From an uncultured Candidatus Binatia bacterium (GTDB lineage Bacteria; Desulfobacterota; Binatia; UBA9968; JAJDTQ01): DNA of 46,693 bases. Position numbers and translations under genes: made by a program. The notes under the pieces were generated by a model. The model was not told the DNA's origin. It ran no database searches and saw only the letters and a program-made list of their open reading frames with translations. The DNA is taken from the NCBI GenBank assembly GCA_965213675.1, contig CBDCAF010000013.1, forward strand, positions 1 through 46,693, given 5' to 3'. Each line of letters opens with the position of its first letter. Positions within the stretch are counted from its first letter, which is position 1. Positions 10,307 through 19,604 of the stretch are shown piece after piece.

Positions 10307-10398
10307 CGCGCACCGGGGCAACGGGCACATTCCGGTCACTTCCCCGGCAAGTGGGCCGCGCACCGGGGCAACGGGCACATTCCGGATCCCCGGCAAGT
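10307..10398. repeat. Imperfect 50-bp tandem duplication
   Basis: CGCGCACCGGGGCAACGGGCACATTCCGG at 10307 and 10357, each followed by TCCCCGGCAAGTG. Confidence 0.85.
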
Positions 10399-10408
10399 GC
10401 CGGAAGAA

Positions 10409-10489
10409 TCAGCCCTGAAACCAGGTGAAATAGATCACCAGGAACACGACTGCGACGATTACTCCGAGCTTCCCCAGCGTCCTTGCTGC
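10409..10489 (-). pseudogene. 3' half of a small membrane-protein gene split by IS66
   Basis: AARTLGKLGVIVAVVFLVIYFTWFQG* joins in frame to the 5' half at 40277..40374 through the duplicated CTTGCTGC. Confidence 0.7.
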
Positions 10490-10574
10490 GTTAGCGATCA
10501 TTCGACGGCGTTCTTTCGCCCGTCATCCCCCGTGGATATTGTGCGTCTCCCTTTCATGAACCCGGAGACCCACG

Positions 10575-10865
10575 ATGGCACAATCGCAACGTCGCAAGCA
10601 CATCCACCGCAGCCGCACGGAGTGGTCTCGCCTGCTGTCGGAATTCGAGGCCAGTGACACCACGCAACGGAGCTTCTGCGCCGAGCGTGGCCTGACCCTC
10701 AGCAACTTCTGCCGCTGGCGCAAGAGGCTTCGCACCGAAACGCCGGATGACAGTCATGCCGGTCCGCTGATCGAACTGCCGCCATTGCCCGGATTGACCT
10801 CGGACCCCGGGGACTGGCGGGCGGAACTGGACCTCGGAGGCGGGATCGTGCTGCGGCTGAAGTAG
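10575..10865 (+). CDS. tnpA: IS66 accessory protein TnpA
   Basis: EWSRLLSEFEASDTTQRSFCAERGL...WRKRL...ELDLGGGIVLRL. Confidence 0.85.
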   Translation: MAQSQRRKHIHRSRTEWSRLLSEFEASDTTQRSFCAERGLTLSNFCRWRKRLRTETPDDSHAGPLIELPPLPGLTSDPGDWRAELDLGGGIVLRLK

Positions 10866-10870
10866 CGGGC

Positions 10871-11223
10871 ATGTTCTTTCCCGAATCCCGGGTGCGGGTG
10901 TGGCTGTATACCCGCCCCACGACATGCGGAAGTCTTTCGATGGGTTGTCGGCGCTGGTGAAGAACGCGCTGCGTGAGGATCCGCTGAGCGGTCACCTGTT
11001 TGTCTTCATCAACCGCAAGAGGACGCTGATCAAGATTCTCTACTTCGACCGCAGTGGATACTGCATCTGGTCGAAGCGACTGGAGCAGGGCCGTTTCCAG
11101 TACCGTGCCGATGGCCGTGACAAGGTCTCCCTGGACTGGACCGGACTGAAGCTGATCCTGGAGGGGATATCTCCTGGAGATGTCCGCCGGCACAAGCGCT
11201 ACCGGCATTCCGGAGTCTCTTGA
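10871..11223 (+). pseudogene. tnpB: IS66 accessory protein TnpB (Orf2), frameshifted near 10920
   Basis: MFFPESRVRVWLYTRP, 1-nt deletion, then DMRKSFDGL...GHLFVFINRKRTLIKILYFDRSGYCIWSKRLEQGRF. Confidence 0.85.
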
Positions 11224-11229
11224 ACGGGG

Positions 11230-12340
11230 GTGCGGATGGTATCATTCCGCGCCATGTTGCAGGCCACTCCCGCCCTCTGTGAATCCGATATCAATGCCGC
11301 GCTGCGGGCTGAGAATCGGGCCCTGAAAGAGGAGCTCGCGCAGCGGAAGGAGCGGGTGGCCTGGTTCAACCGCCAGCTGTTCGGATCGAAGTCGGAGAGG
11401 CGGATTCTCCCGGAGGGACAGAGTCAGGAAGACCTGCTGGCATTGCTTGGCGGGCAGTTGCCGGCATCCCCTGCGCCGGAGACGGAAACCATCACCTACG
11501 AGCGGAAGAAGCGCAGCAAGTCGAGGGATAACACCATCAACGATTCCGGGCTTCGGTTCGACGACACGGTCCCGGTGGAGACCATCCTGTTGCCCCTTGC
11601 GCCGGAGGCGGAGGCGATTCCCGAGGATCGCCGTGAGGTGGTGGGCGAGAAGGTGACCTGCCGACTGGCGCAGCATCCGGCGAGCTACGTGGTTCTGCGA
11701 TACGTCCGTCCGGTGATCAAGGAGAAGCCGGACCCGGAAAGGCCGGACGGTGGAAAGCCGGCCAGGCTGATCACGGCCCTGGCCCCCGCGAACGTGCTGG
11801 AGGGGAGCTGTGTGGACGTGAGCTTCCTGGCGGGGATGCTGGTGGACAAGTTTACCGATCACCTTCCGCTGTACCGCCAGCATCAACGTCTGCTGGATCA
11901 TGGAATCACGCTGGCGCGGAGCACGCTGACGGTCCAGGCGGGCCAGGCGATCGATCTGCTGGCACCGATCGCGGATGCCCAGTACCAGGCCCTTCTGCTC
12001 AACCGGGTGCTGGCGATGGACGAGACCCCGATCAAGGCGGGCCGGAAGGCCCGTGGCAAGATGCGCCAGGGTCAGCTGTGGCCCATCTACGGGGAGAACG
12101 ACGAGGTAGTGTTCCGGTACACGGACAGCCGGAAGCACGCCCATATGCGGGAGATTCTGGGGGACCGGTTCCGGGGTACGCTGCTGTCGGACGGGTACGA
12201 CGGCTATGCCCGGTATGCGGAGATGATGGATGGGGTGACCCACGCCAATTGTTGGGCACACACACGGCGACCATTCGAATCGGCACTGGATGCCGAGCCG
12301 GAGGCGGCGGGTCAGGCGCTGAAGCTGATCGGGCTTCTGT
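11230..12340 (+). pseudogene. tnpC: IS66 transposase TnpC, N-terminal part
   Basis: LFGSKSER, DKFTDHLPLYRQ, MDETPI, LLSDGY, CWAHTRR; breaks at ALKLIGLL into duplicated ICE DNA. Confidence 0.9.
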
Positions 12341-13203
12341 GCGCCCGAAGGGTATCGGCGCGATGAAGATCCGACAGTTCGATGTCCTCCAGGGCCTTCA
12401 GTTCCATCGGCCCGAAATCCATCTCGCGAAGGGCCTCCAGGTCCCCTTCGGCAAGACTCCGGATGGCGTACACGAGAACCGCAAGGACGAGATCGGCTTC
12501 TTTGCTCCTGCTCATTCCCGACGGGGGGTCTGATCCGGTTGCGGCCGCTCCGGGCCGGGACGTTGGGTATCGCCGTCATCTCCCGAATGCCGGGAATGAC
12601 TGCAGGGAGGTGAACGAGGAAACAGCCAGGCGGAAAGCTCTGCTTCCAGTTCCAGGTGAATCTCCGCCCGCACCCTGTCCGCTTCGTTGGCGATTTCCCG
12701 TTCCAACGCATCACGGAGCGGCTGGATGTCCCATTCCGGACAGTCAAGGCGGCGGCACAGTTCGGCGAACACCATGCCGAAAACGGTTTGGCCGGTTCCA
12801 TTTCCGGCCGCGCCACCGTCCAGCCCCTGGCGGGCCCAGACCTTCCCTGCGGCCCGCTCCAGGTCACGGATTGCCTCGACTTTGGCCTGTCCCAGGCCGG
12901 CGGACAGGGCTTGGGGCATCACGGGCCAGAGAACCCCCACGGCATGCATCATCCCGGAGATCATGGCCCCGCCGAGATCGAGCCCCCTGTCCCGGAACAG
13001 AGCTTCCAGTTGATGCGGCGGCAGGTCCCCGGCGCCGCACTCCCGTTCCAGGAACGCCTTCGCATCGCAGACGGCCAGGGCACGCTCGATGAAGGTGAGG
13101 CCGGCGCGCAGTTCGTTGTCCCTCAGGTAGGACAGGAGGACACCGGACTCCCCCTCCCAGGGCCGGACAATGCAGTCCGCCCAGCGGAACCGCTCCTCCC
13201 CCG
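12340..13203. repeat. 864-bp direct repeat, copy 1 (partial DUF2857 plus partial ICE parB); copy 2 at 40915..41778
   Basis: Constant offset 28575; ORFs 12382..13092 and 40957..41667, and 12687..13013 and 41262..41588, translate identically. Confidence 0.95.
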
Positions 13204-13554
13204 GTGCACATAAATCGTATTTATTTATTATAAAACAGTTAGATATATTATTTTCAACTTACGCCGTAATCAATTCGCAAGCGAATTTATTTGAACTGTA
13301 AGACGCGCATTCGTGCTGTTGCGTCTGAGTAAAATTGGTATCAGTTCGCTTGTCGAGTGATCAACTGAATCGAAGCACTAACCGAGCCAAGATTCTTACT
13401 ACGACTTCCTATAGCATAGGTTCTGCGTGAGGTCATGTTCACCTCACAAACGAACAGTTTCCGATCGATGGGGTAAAAGGACAGTCGAAGCTTCAAGGTT
13501 GTTGGCGAAGGCATTTCCAGATCTCAAAATCGAGATCAAGCCTATCATTTTGTG

Positions 13555-13830
13555 ACTCAGGAAAAACCCGTTACCAAGCGGCCACAAGATTGAGCACCTC
13601 CATACCCGTATACAAGCGTTTCCCATCGCCCAAGGCATTCAGACATTGCCTGATGCCACAGACACCATGAACACTACAACCAAGGTCCAAAATCCAAAGC
13701 AAATATCTCAGCCGCCGCAGGAGCATCCGCAGATTGTGGCCGGCACAGCAAGGCAGCACGTCATCCGATCACCCTCCGTATCCCTTGAGCCAGTTTCTCA
13801 CCAGAGGCCAGCCACCATGCCTCAATGTAC
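13555..13830 (-). pseudogene. IS5-family transposase C-terminal remnant
   Basis: RNWLKG..D...CCAGHNLRMLLRRLR tail typical of IS5 transposases, frameshifted; boundaries approximate. Confidence 0.6.
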
Positions 13831-13942
13831 GCAAGATGGTCCCCTATCGGACGGTCTTGCACGATCAGATACAAGCATGGTTTCATGTGTTGTCCCATAG
13901 GACCCCTATTGGACCCCATGGGACCGGCCCCATGGGGTCTAT

Positions 13943-15373
13943 TTAATTCTTTTCGGCGCGCCACCGTGCTGAAGCGCCGCGTCCGGTGTACATCGCCAGT
14001 CCAAGCTCTTTGAGCCGAGCCAACGCCCTCTTGACCTGCCGCACACTCACAGACTCGGGCAGACCTGCCCGAATTTCGCGCAGCGCCAAGGAATGCATAT
14101 CCTGGGTCAACAAATCTAAGATTGTTCGTTGCGTTTCGTTTAGTTTCGCATCGGTAGCACCGATGGCGGTAATTTGTAGCCGTCCAGCGACGCGAACAGG
14201 CGAGGCATTATGGCGAAAGCGCACGATTACAGCCCCGCTTGCGTCTTCGATTTCGGGCCTTGGCAAACTGGCGGCATCCACCAGCTCGGCCATTCTCAAT
14301 GTGCCACGGCCCCAACGCTCGATAATGCCGCGCCGGTAGAAGCAGTCGGCAATCAACGGATTCCAGGGAATGGACTCATGTGGCAGGAACAGCTTCTCCG
14401 GCGTAAGCCCGAAATGCAGCGTACCCATCGATGTGACCTCCAGGCGATCATCGTAAATAGCTACGCCGACGGAGCCGCCACCGATCGAATAATCACGATG
14501 GCAAATAGCGTTCGCCAAGGCCTCTCGTGTCGCGAGAGGAGGAAAGAGCGGTTCGTCGTTTCGCTCGAAGTGTCCCTCCTCAATGCGCCCGGCAATGGGC
14601 AGGCTGTCGCGCAGGAAGCGCTCGGCAGCCCGGAGGAGCGAGAAGGCGTTGCCGTAAAACTGCCGGTTGTCAAGAAACTCGGTTCGGTCAATTCCGTTGA
14701 AGCGGGCAACGCGAAGCAAGCACTGAGGCATGTCGAACCGGATTCGTTCCTCGTTACCGAACAGGGCGATTGCCGCACGCCACAGAATCCCATCCCTGCA
14801 CAACCCAAGGCCGCGTAGCAAATCGCGGGGATCGCGCGTCCCGGGATCCTCAAGCCGGCCACGGCGAATGGCCTCCTCCACGGTAATCCGAATCTCGTTT
14901 TCGTCCAGATCGTCGATCGACCATCCGTCCGCAGGCTGGTTCTCCCACCGACGTTCACTGTGCATGCGCTCAAAGAGCATTCGCTGGTATTCATCCGCGA
15001 GCATTTCCACCGTCGTGTTGCCCACCCGCCGATACGCGCTCCCGCGGTACATGAACGGGCCGCCCTGCCCGCGGCTGACCGAGATAGCCACCACCTCGTG
15101 CGCTCCACATACCCTTACCCGCTCGATCGCCGGGAAAGCAGGTGGATCGATTCTCCTAAGCTCGGCGCTCACTTGCTCGATAGTGACCTCGCCCACATGC
15201 TGCCCTATCACTTTCCCATACGGCTGAACGCCGAACAGCACATGACCGCCGTTTTGGTTGAGCATGGCGCAGACGGTCTTTGCGGCCTCGCGACGCGCAC
15301 CCGTCGAACTCTTAAACTCAAGCGTTTCGGACTCACCCGCTGCGACCATGTTGGTAATCTGCTCAAGGTTCAC
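13943..15373 (-). CDS. AlbA_2 (Schlafen-like) + HATPase_c_4 + winged-HTH protein
   Basis: GESETLEFKSS..CAMLNQNGGHVLFGV; REALANAICHRDY; ERWGRGT; C-terminal HTH. Confidence 0.85.
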   Translation of the reverse strand: MNLEQITNMVAAGESETLEFKSSTGARREAAKTVCAMLNQNGGHVLFGVQPYGKVIGQHVGEVTIEQVSAELRRIDPPAFPAIERVRVCGAHEVVAISVSRGQGGPFMYRGSAYRRVGNTTVEMLADEYQRMLFERMHSERRWENQPADGWSIDDLDENEIRITVEEAIRRGRLEDPGTRDPRDLLRGLGLCRDGILWRAAIALFGNEERIRFDMPQCLLRVARFNGIDRTEFLDNRQFYGNAFSLLRAAERFLRDSLPIAGRIEEGHFERNDEPLFPPLATREALANAICHRDYSIGGGSVGVAIYDDRLEVTSMGTLHFGLTPEKLFLPHESIPWNPLIADCFYRRGIIERWGRGTLRMAELVDAASLPRPEIEDASGAVIVRFRHNASPVRVAGRLQITAIGATDAKLNETQRTILDLLTQDMHSLALREIRAGLPESVSVRQVKRALARLKELGLAMYTGRGASARWRAEKN

Positions 15374-15811
15374 CGCTGCCCCCTACCCAACGTTCCTCCC
15401 AGTCGGGAAACGGCCTGGAAAGGCTTGCAACAATACGGCTCGTCGCAATGCTGATGTGGACGATGCGGTGGAACGCAACGATCAAATGGGTCAGGGGATA
15501 TGGGTATTGATTGCATCGGAAAAGTATCGGATGGGTCATTCAGATCTTTGGTTATTCTTCCCCGCTTCCACTCCGAAGGGCATCCCTCGCCGCTATCCCG
15601 GAATGAGGGCGTAGCCCGAATGGAGGGATAGCGGCGGCGGCGGAAAATCAGCGCCCCTGGCGCCCATTCCGGCCGGAAATGGCGTCAATCTCGACTCCGG
15701 GGGATACTGACAGAGGCTATTTTCCAACGCAAGGGCCTGCCCGGTGCCTTCCGGCCGAGCGGGGCCCCTCCCGTTGGTCACAGGAGTTCCGGACCGGCGA
15801 TGTCCCCGCCT

Positions 15812-16430
15812 TCAGGGTGGGACCAGTGCTCCAGCGAAGACCTCCGCAGGCGTGCGATACCCCAGCACCTTCCGGGGTCGGTGATTGAGCCGATCTTCCA
15901 CCGCCCGGACCTGCGCCTCCGTCACCTGGCGGAAGTCCGTCCCCTTCGGGAAGTACTGGCGCACCAGGCCGTTGGTGTGTTCGTTCAGTCCCCGCTCCCA
16001 GGAATGGTAGGGAGTGGCGAAGTAGAAGCCCGCTCCCAGCGAATCCGAAATCGCCCGGTGCCCCGCAAACTCCTTGCCGTTGTCCGCCGTGAGAGTGTGA
16101 ACCCGGTCTCGAATCGGCTCCATGCGCCGGGTGAGCGCCGTGGTCACCGCCGCCGCGGTCTTCACCTCGACCCGCTCCAGGAAGGTAAACTTCGAACCCC
16201 GGTCCACCGACGACACCAGAGCGCCCCAGTGCCTCGCTCCGATGATCGTATCGAGCTCCCAGTCCCCGATCCGGGACTTCTCCTCCACCACCCAGGGACG
16301 CTCGCCAATGTCCACCCGGCCGGGTATGTGACCGCGTCCGGCATGCCGCCCACCGCGCCAGTTCGGCTTCTTGCCACGGCGACGCAGGTGCCGGTACAGG
16401 GTGCCTCCCGCCCGCCGGTCCGCCCGTATG
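15812..16430 (-). pseudogene. IS30-family transposase, 3' part
   Basis: RIGDWELDTIIG, TLTADNGKEFAGH, PYHSWERGLNEHTNGLVRQYFPKGTDF, LNHRPRKVLGYRTP; N-terminus replaced by an intron end. Confidence 0.9.
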
Positions 16431-16870
16431 GTCGCGACAGGAACGCCGGTTTCCCGGCGCCCCCGCACAGATCCGGACGTGGACGTTCATCCATCCGGCT
16501 CCTATCTCGGATATTTGACGGCAAACCGCTGATCCGGCCATGGGTGATGGATGTTGATTCTGGGCCATAGAGACCGACCATCCGGTGCAGCCGTTGCCAA
16601 CTGAACCCGCGGGCTCGTTGCGACCGGCTGCGAATGGTCATCATCCATGATCTCATCAGCCGGTGTTTGAATTTCCTCAGCCACCGGAATGATCCGGGCA
16701 CGGCAAAGTAATTCAGCCAGCCCGCAAGGACCTTGCCAAGCCACTTGCCCAACTCCCATATGTCCCAATGCATCCGCTTGCACAGCATCTCTCGAATCTC
16801 CTTGAGATTCCTTGCCATCTTCTTTCGCGCCGGCTTGCGTCCCAGCCTAATGGCATGACCCGTCCCCCCT
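16431..16870 (-). mobile_element. Group II intron 3' fragment: maturase (domain X) remnant plus domains V and VI
   Basis: GKWLGKVLAGWLNYFAVP..RSQR and HHPWPDQRFAVKYPR*; then GAGCCGGATGGATGAACGTCCACGTCCGGATC (DV, AGC triad, ~16470-16501) and a DVI hairpin ending GCGAC at 16431. Confidence 0.88.
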
Positions 16871-16962
16871 GCGGTCTCACCATAACCGGATGCACTGGAA
16901 ATGCAGAAACGATACACTTGCCCGCAGTTTGGGTGCTGGAAACCTAAGAGAGGAATTAGACC

Positions 16963-18447
16963 ATGATCACTGGCGAACTAAGGTCAAAAGTCGACCGAAT
17001 ATGGGACACCATGTGGTCGGGCGGCATCTCGAATCCACTCTCGGTGATCGAGCAGCTTACCTACCTGTTGTTCATCAAACGCCTCGACGAACTGCATATC
17101 CTGAAAGAGGCCAAGGCTGCCCGAACCAGGACGCCCATCAAGGAGCCGGTTTTCTCGCCCGGCCAGGACTGTCTCCGCTGGTCGCGTTTCAAGGAGACCG
17201 CGCCGGAGCAAATGTTTGAGACGGTTCGGGACGAGGTGTTTCCGTTCATCAAGTCCCTCGGCGGCAAGGGGGAAGTCGACGGCGAGGGCGGCTCGACCTA
17301 TACCCACCACATGAAGGATGCGCTATTCATGATGCCCACGGCCCGGGTGTTGGCCAACGTGGTCGATCAGCTGGACGGTATCGACATGGCCGACAGCGAT
17401 ACCAAGGGCGATCTTTATGAATACATGCTCGGCAAGATCGCCACCGCCGGACAGAACGGGCAGTTCCGCACCCCGCGCCACATCATCAAGCTGATGGTCG
17501 ATATGACCGCGCCGACACCCAAGGATGTGATCTGCGATCCGGCCTGCGGCACGGCTGGTTTTCTTATCGCCGCGTCGGAACACCTGGTCGAGCATCACAG
17601 CGGCACCATCTACAAGGACGAGGAAAGCCGTCGCCGCTTCAACGATCATACCTTTCACGGCTATGACTTCGACAGCACCATGCTGCGCATCGGCAGCATG
17701 AACATGTTGCTGCACGGGGTGGAGAACCCGGACATCCGCTACAGGGATTCGCTGGCCGAGGTCGACGACGACGACTCGGAAAAGTACTCCCTGGTTCTCG
17801 CCAATCCCCCCTTCTCCGGCAGTCTCGATTACGAGTCCACCGCGAAGGATTTGCAGCGGGTGGTCAAGACCAAGAAGACCGAGCTGCTGTTCCTCGCGCT
17901 CTTCCTGCGCCTGCTCCAGACCGGCGGCCGGGCCGCCGTCATCGTGCCCGACGGGGTGCTGTTTGGATCGTACAAGGCACACATGACCTTGCGCAAAATC
18001 CTGATCGAGGATCAGAAGCTGGACGCCATCGTCTCCATGCCCTCGGGGGTGTTCAAACCCTATGCGGGCGTGTCCACCGCCATCCTGCTGTTCACCAAGA
18101 CGAACTCCGGCGGCACGGAGAACGTCTGGTTCTACGATATGCAGGCCGACGGTTATTCCCTCGACGACAAGCGGGCCCCACAGCCGGAGAAGAGTGACCT
18201 CGCCGATATCCTCGCCCGCTGGCAGAACCGGGAGGCGGAAACGGATCGAAGGCGGACCGACCGGAGTTTTCTGGTGCCGAAATGCGAGATCGCCAAAAAC
18301 GACTACGATCTCTCCATCAACCGCTACAAGGAGATCGAATACGAGGCGGTGGAGTACGACCCGCCGAAGGTGATCCTGGGTCGGTTGGCCCATCTGGAGG
18401 GCGAGATCGCGAAGGGCCGTGAGGAATTGGAGGGGTTGTTGGGATGA
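16963..18447 (+). CDS. hsdM: Type I R-M N6-adenine methyltransferase
   Basis: GQFRTPRHII, DPACGTAGFL, ANPPF. Confidence 0.95.
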   Translation: MITGELRSKVDRIWDTMWSGGISNPLSVIEQLTYLLFIKRLDELHILKEAKAARTRTPIKEPVFSPGQDCLRWSRFKETAPEQMFETVRDEVFPFIKSLGGKGEVDGEGGSTYTHHMKDALFMMPTARVLANVVDQLDGIDMADSDTKGDLYEYMLGKIATAGQNGQFRTPRHIIKLMVDMTAPTPKDVICDPACGTAGFLIAASEHLVEHHSGTIYKDEESRRRFNDHTFHGYDFDSTMLRIGSMNMLLHGVENPDIRYRDSLAEVDDDDSEKYSLVLANPPFSGSLDYESTAKDLQRVVKTKKTELLFLALFLRLLQTGGRAAVIVPDGVLFGSYKAHMTLRKILIEDQKLDAIVSMPSGVFKPYAGVSTAILLFTKTNSGGTENVWFYDMQADGYSLDDKRAPQPEKSDLADILARWQNREAETDRRRTDRSFLVPKCEIAKNDYDLSINRYKEIEYEAVEYDPPKVILGRLAHLEGEIAKGREELEGLLG

Positions 18448-19604
18448 CCGCTCTTCCTCAGCAGCCGCTCTCAGACGTCTGTGAGATTGCTATGGGTCAG
18501 GCGCCCAAAGGCACCAGCTACAATACCGCCGGTGACGGATATGCATTGATTGCTGGTGCCGGTGACTTTGGTGCACTTACTCCTGAGCCCTCCAAATATA
18601 CGGATGCTCCAACCAAGCTGTCTCAGCCCGGAGACCTGATTCTGTGCATACGAGCGACAATTGGCGATCGCAACTGGTCGGACAAGAAATACTGCCTTGG
18701 GCGTGGGGTGGCAGGCCTAAAGGCTAGAAAAGAGAAATTGAACCAAATTTACCTATGGCATTGGATAGAACATGCCGCTCCGGCTTTAAAGGCCAAGGGG
18801 AGAGGTGCAACATTCTTACAGGTTTCGAAGAGCGACATTGGATCGTTGCAGATCCCCCTCCCGCCTCTCGAGGAGCAAAAGAGGATTGCGGCGATCCTGG
18901 ACGCGGCGGACGACTTGCGGGCAAAACGCCGAGAGTCCCTCGCGCAACTCGACGCCCTCCTTCAATCGACATTTCTCGACATGTTTGGTGATCCCGTTAC
19001 CAATCCAATGGGGTGGGAGGAGCGCGCGCTAAAAGAGACCAAGTCGAAAGTACAGATAGGTCCGTTTGGATCTCTTCTTCACAAGGAAGACTACCTAACC
19101 GACGGAGTTCCGGTGGTTAATCCGATGCATATAGTGTCCGGAAAAATCCAGGCCGGTGGTGAACAAACAGTATCTGAACATAAGGCTGCAACCCTGAGCA
19201 ATTATCGACTTGAGGGCGGGGACGTTGTTATGGGCAGGCGTGGGGAGATGGGTCGATGTGCCGTCGTGTCTGATGTCGAGGTAGGCATGCTCTGCGGGAC
19301 GGGATCGCTTTATTTTCGGCCTGATCCTAGCGAGCTGTCACCCCTCTTCTTGGCGTGGCTGTTGTCCAGCGCGTCAATGAAGCGTCACCTGGAGGGGCTT
19401 TCGCAGGGTGTCACTATGCCAAACCTAAATCAGAATATGATCAATAACCTCAGGATCGCTCTTCCGCCGCTCGATCTCCAACGCCGCTTCGCCACCATCG
19501 TCGACTCCGTCGAACAGCAAAAAGCCAAATTGCGCGCCCACCTCGACGAGTTGGACACCCTCTTCGCCTCCCTTCAATCCCGGGCCTTCAAAGGGGAACT
19601 TTGA
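18444..19604 (+). CDS. hsdS: Type I R-M specificity subunit
   Basis: Two TRDs, each followed by IPLPPLEEQKRI / IALPPLDLQRRF conserved regions; MFGDPVTNPMGW linker. Confidence 0.95.
   Translation: MTALPQQPLSDVCEIAMGQAPKGTSYNTAGDGYALIAGAGDFGALTPEPSKYTDAPTKLSQPGDLILCIRATIGDRNWSDKKYCLGRGVAGLKARKEKLNQIYLWHWIEHAAPALKAKGRGATFLQVSKSDIGSLQIPLPPLEEQKRIAAILDAADDLRAKRRESLAQLDALLQSTFLDMFGDPVTNPMGWEERALKETKSKVQIGPFGSLLHKEDYLTDGVPVVNPMHIVSGKIQAGGEQTVSEHKAATLSNYRLEGGDVVMGRRGEMGRCAVVSDVEVGMLCGTGSLYFRPDPSELSPLFLAWLLSSASMKRHLEGLSQGVTMPNLNQNMINNLRIALPPLDLQRRFATIVDSVEQQKAKLRAHLDELDTLFASLQSRAFKGEL

Larger units (their letters stand above)
10490..12340 (+). mobile_element. IS66-family element, left part (IRL, tnpA, tnpB, 5' tnpC)
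   Basis: IRL GTTAGCGATCATTCG (12/15 match to reverse complement of the right end at 40262-40276), preceded by CTTGCTGC. Confidence 0.9.

Noticed and set aside
10307-10398. CRISPR mini-array
   Set aside because: Only two units, the intervening sequence is also duplicated, and there are no cas genes
10409-10501. Independent 30-aa membrane peptide starting in the IS66 end
   Set aside because: Better explained as the 3' half of the split gene; its ATG lies inside the IR
10871-11223. IS200/IS605 RNA-guided TnpB
   Set aside because: This is the unrelated short IS66 Orf2 protein; no RuvC
11242-12867. 541-aa minus-strand ORF
   Set aside because: Shadow frame crossing the tnpC / duplication junction
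13204-13555. AT-rich segment resembling an IS end plus a short coding remnant
   Set aside because: No partner IR found and no family recognisable by eye
15588-15636. 12-bp inverted repeat CGCCGCTATCCC / GGGATAGCGGCG
   Set aside because: Single copy with no U tract; cannot distinguish a REP-like element from an IS end or chance
16162-16917. Retron, DGR or defence-associated reverse transcriptase
   Set aside because: No RT catalytic domain is present; only a maturase tail plus intron domains V and VI
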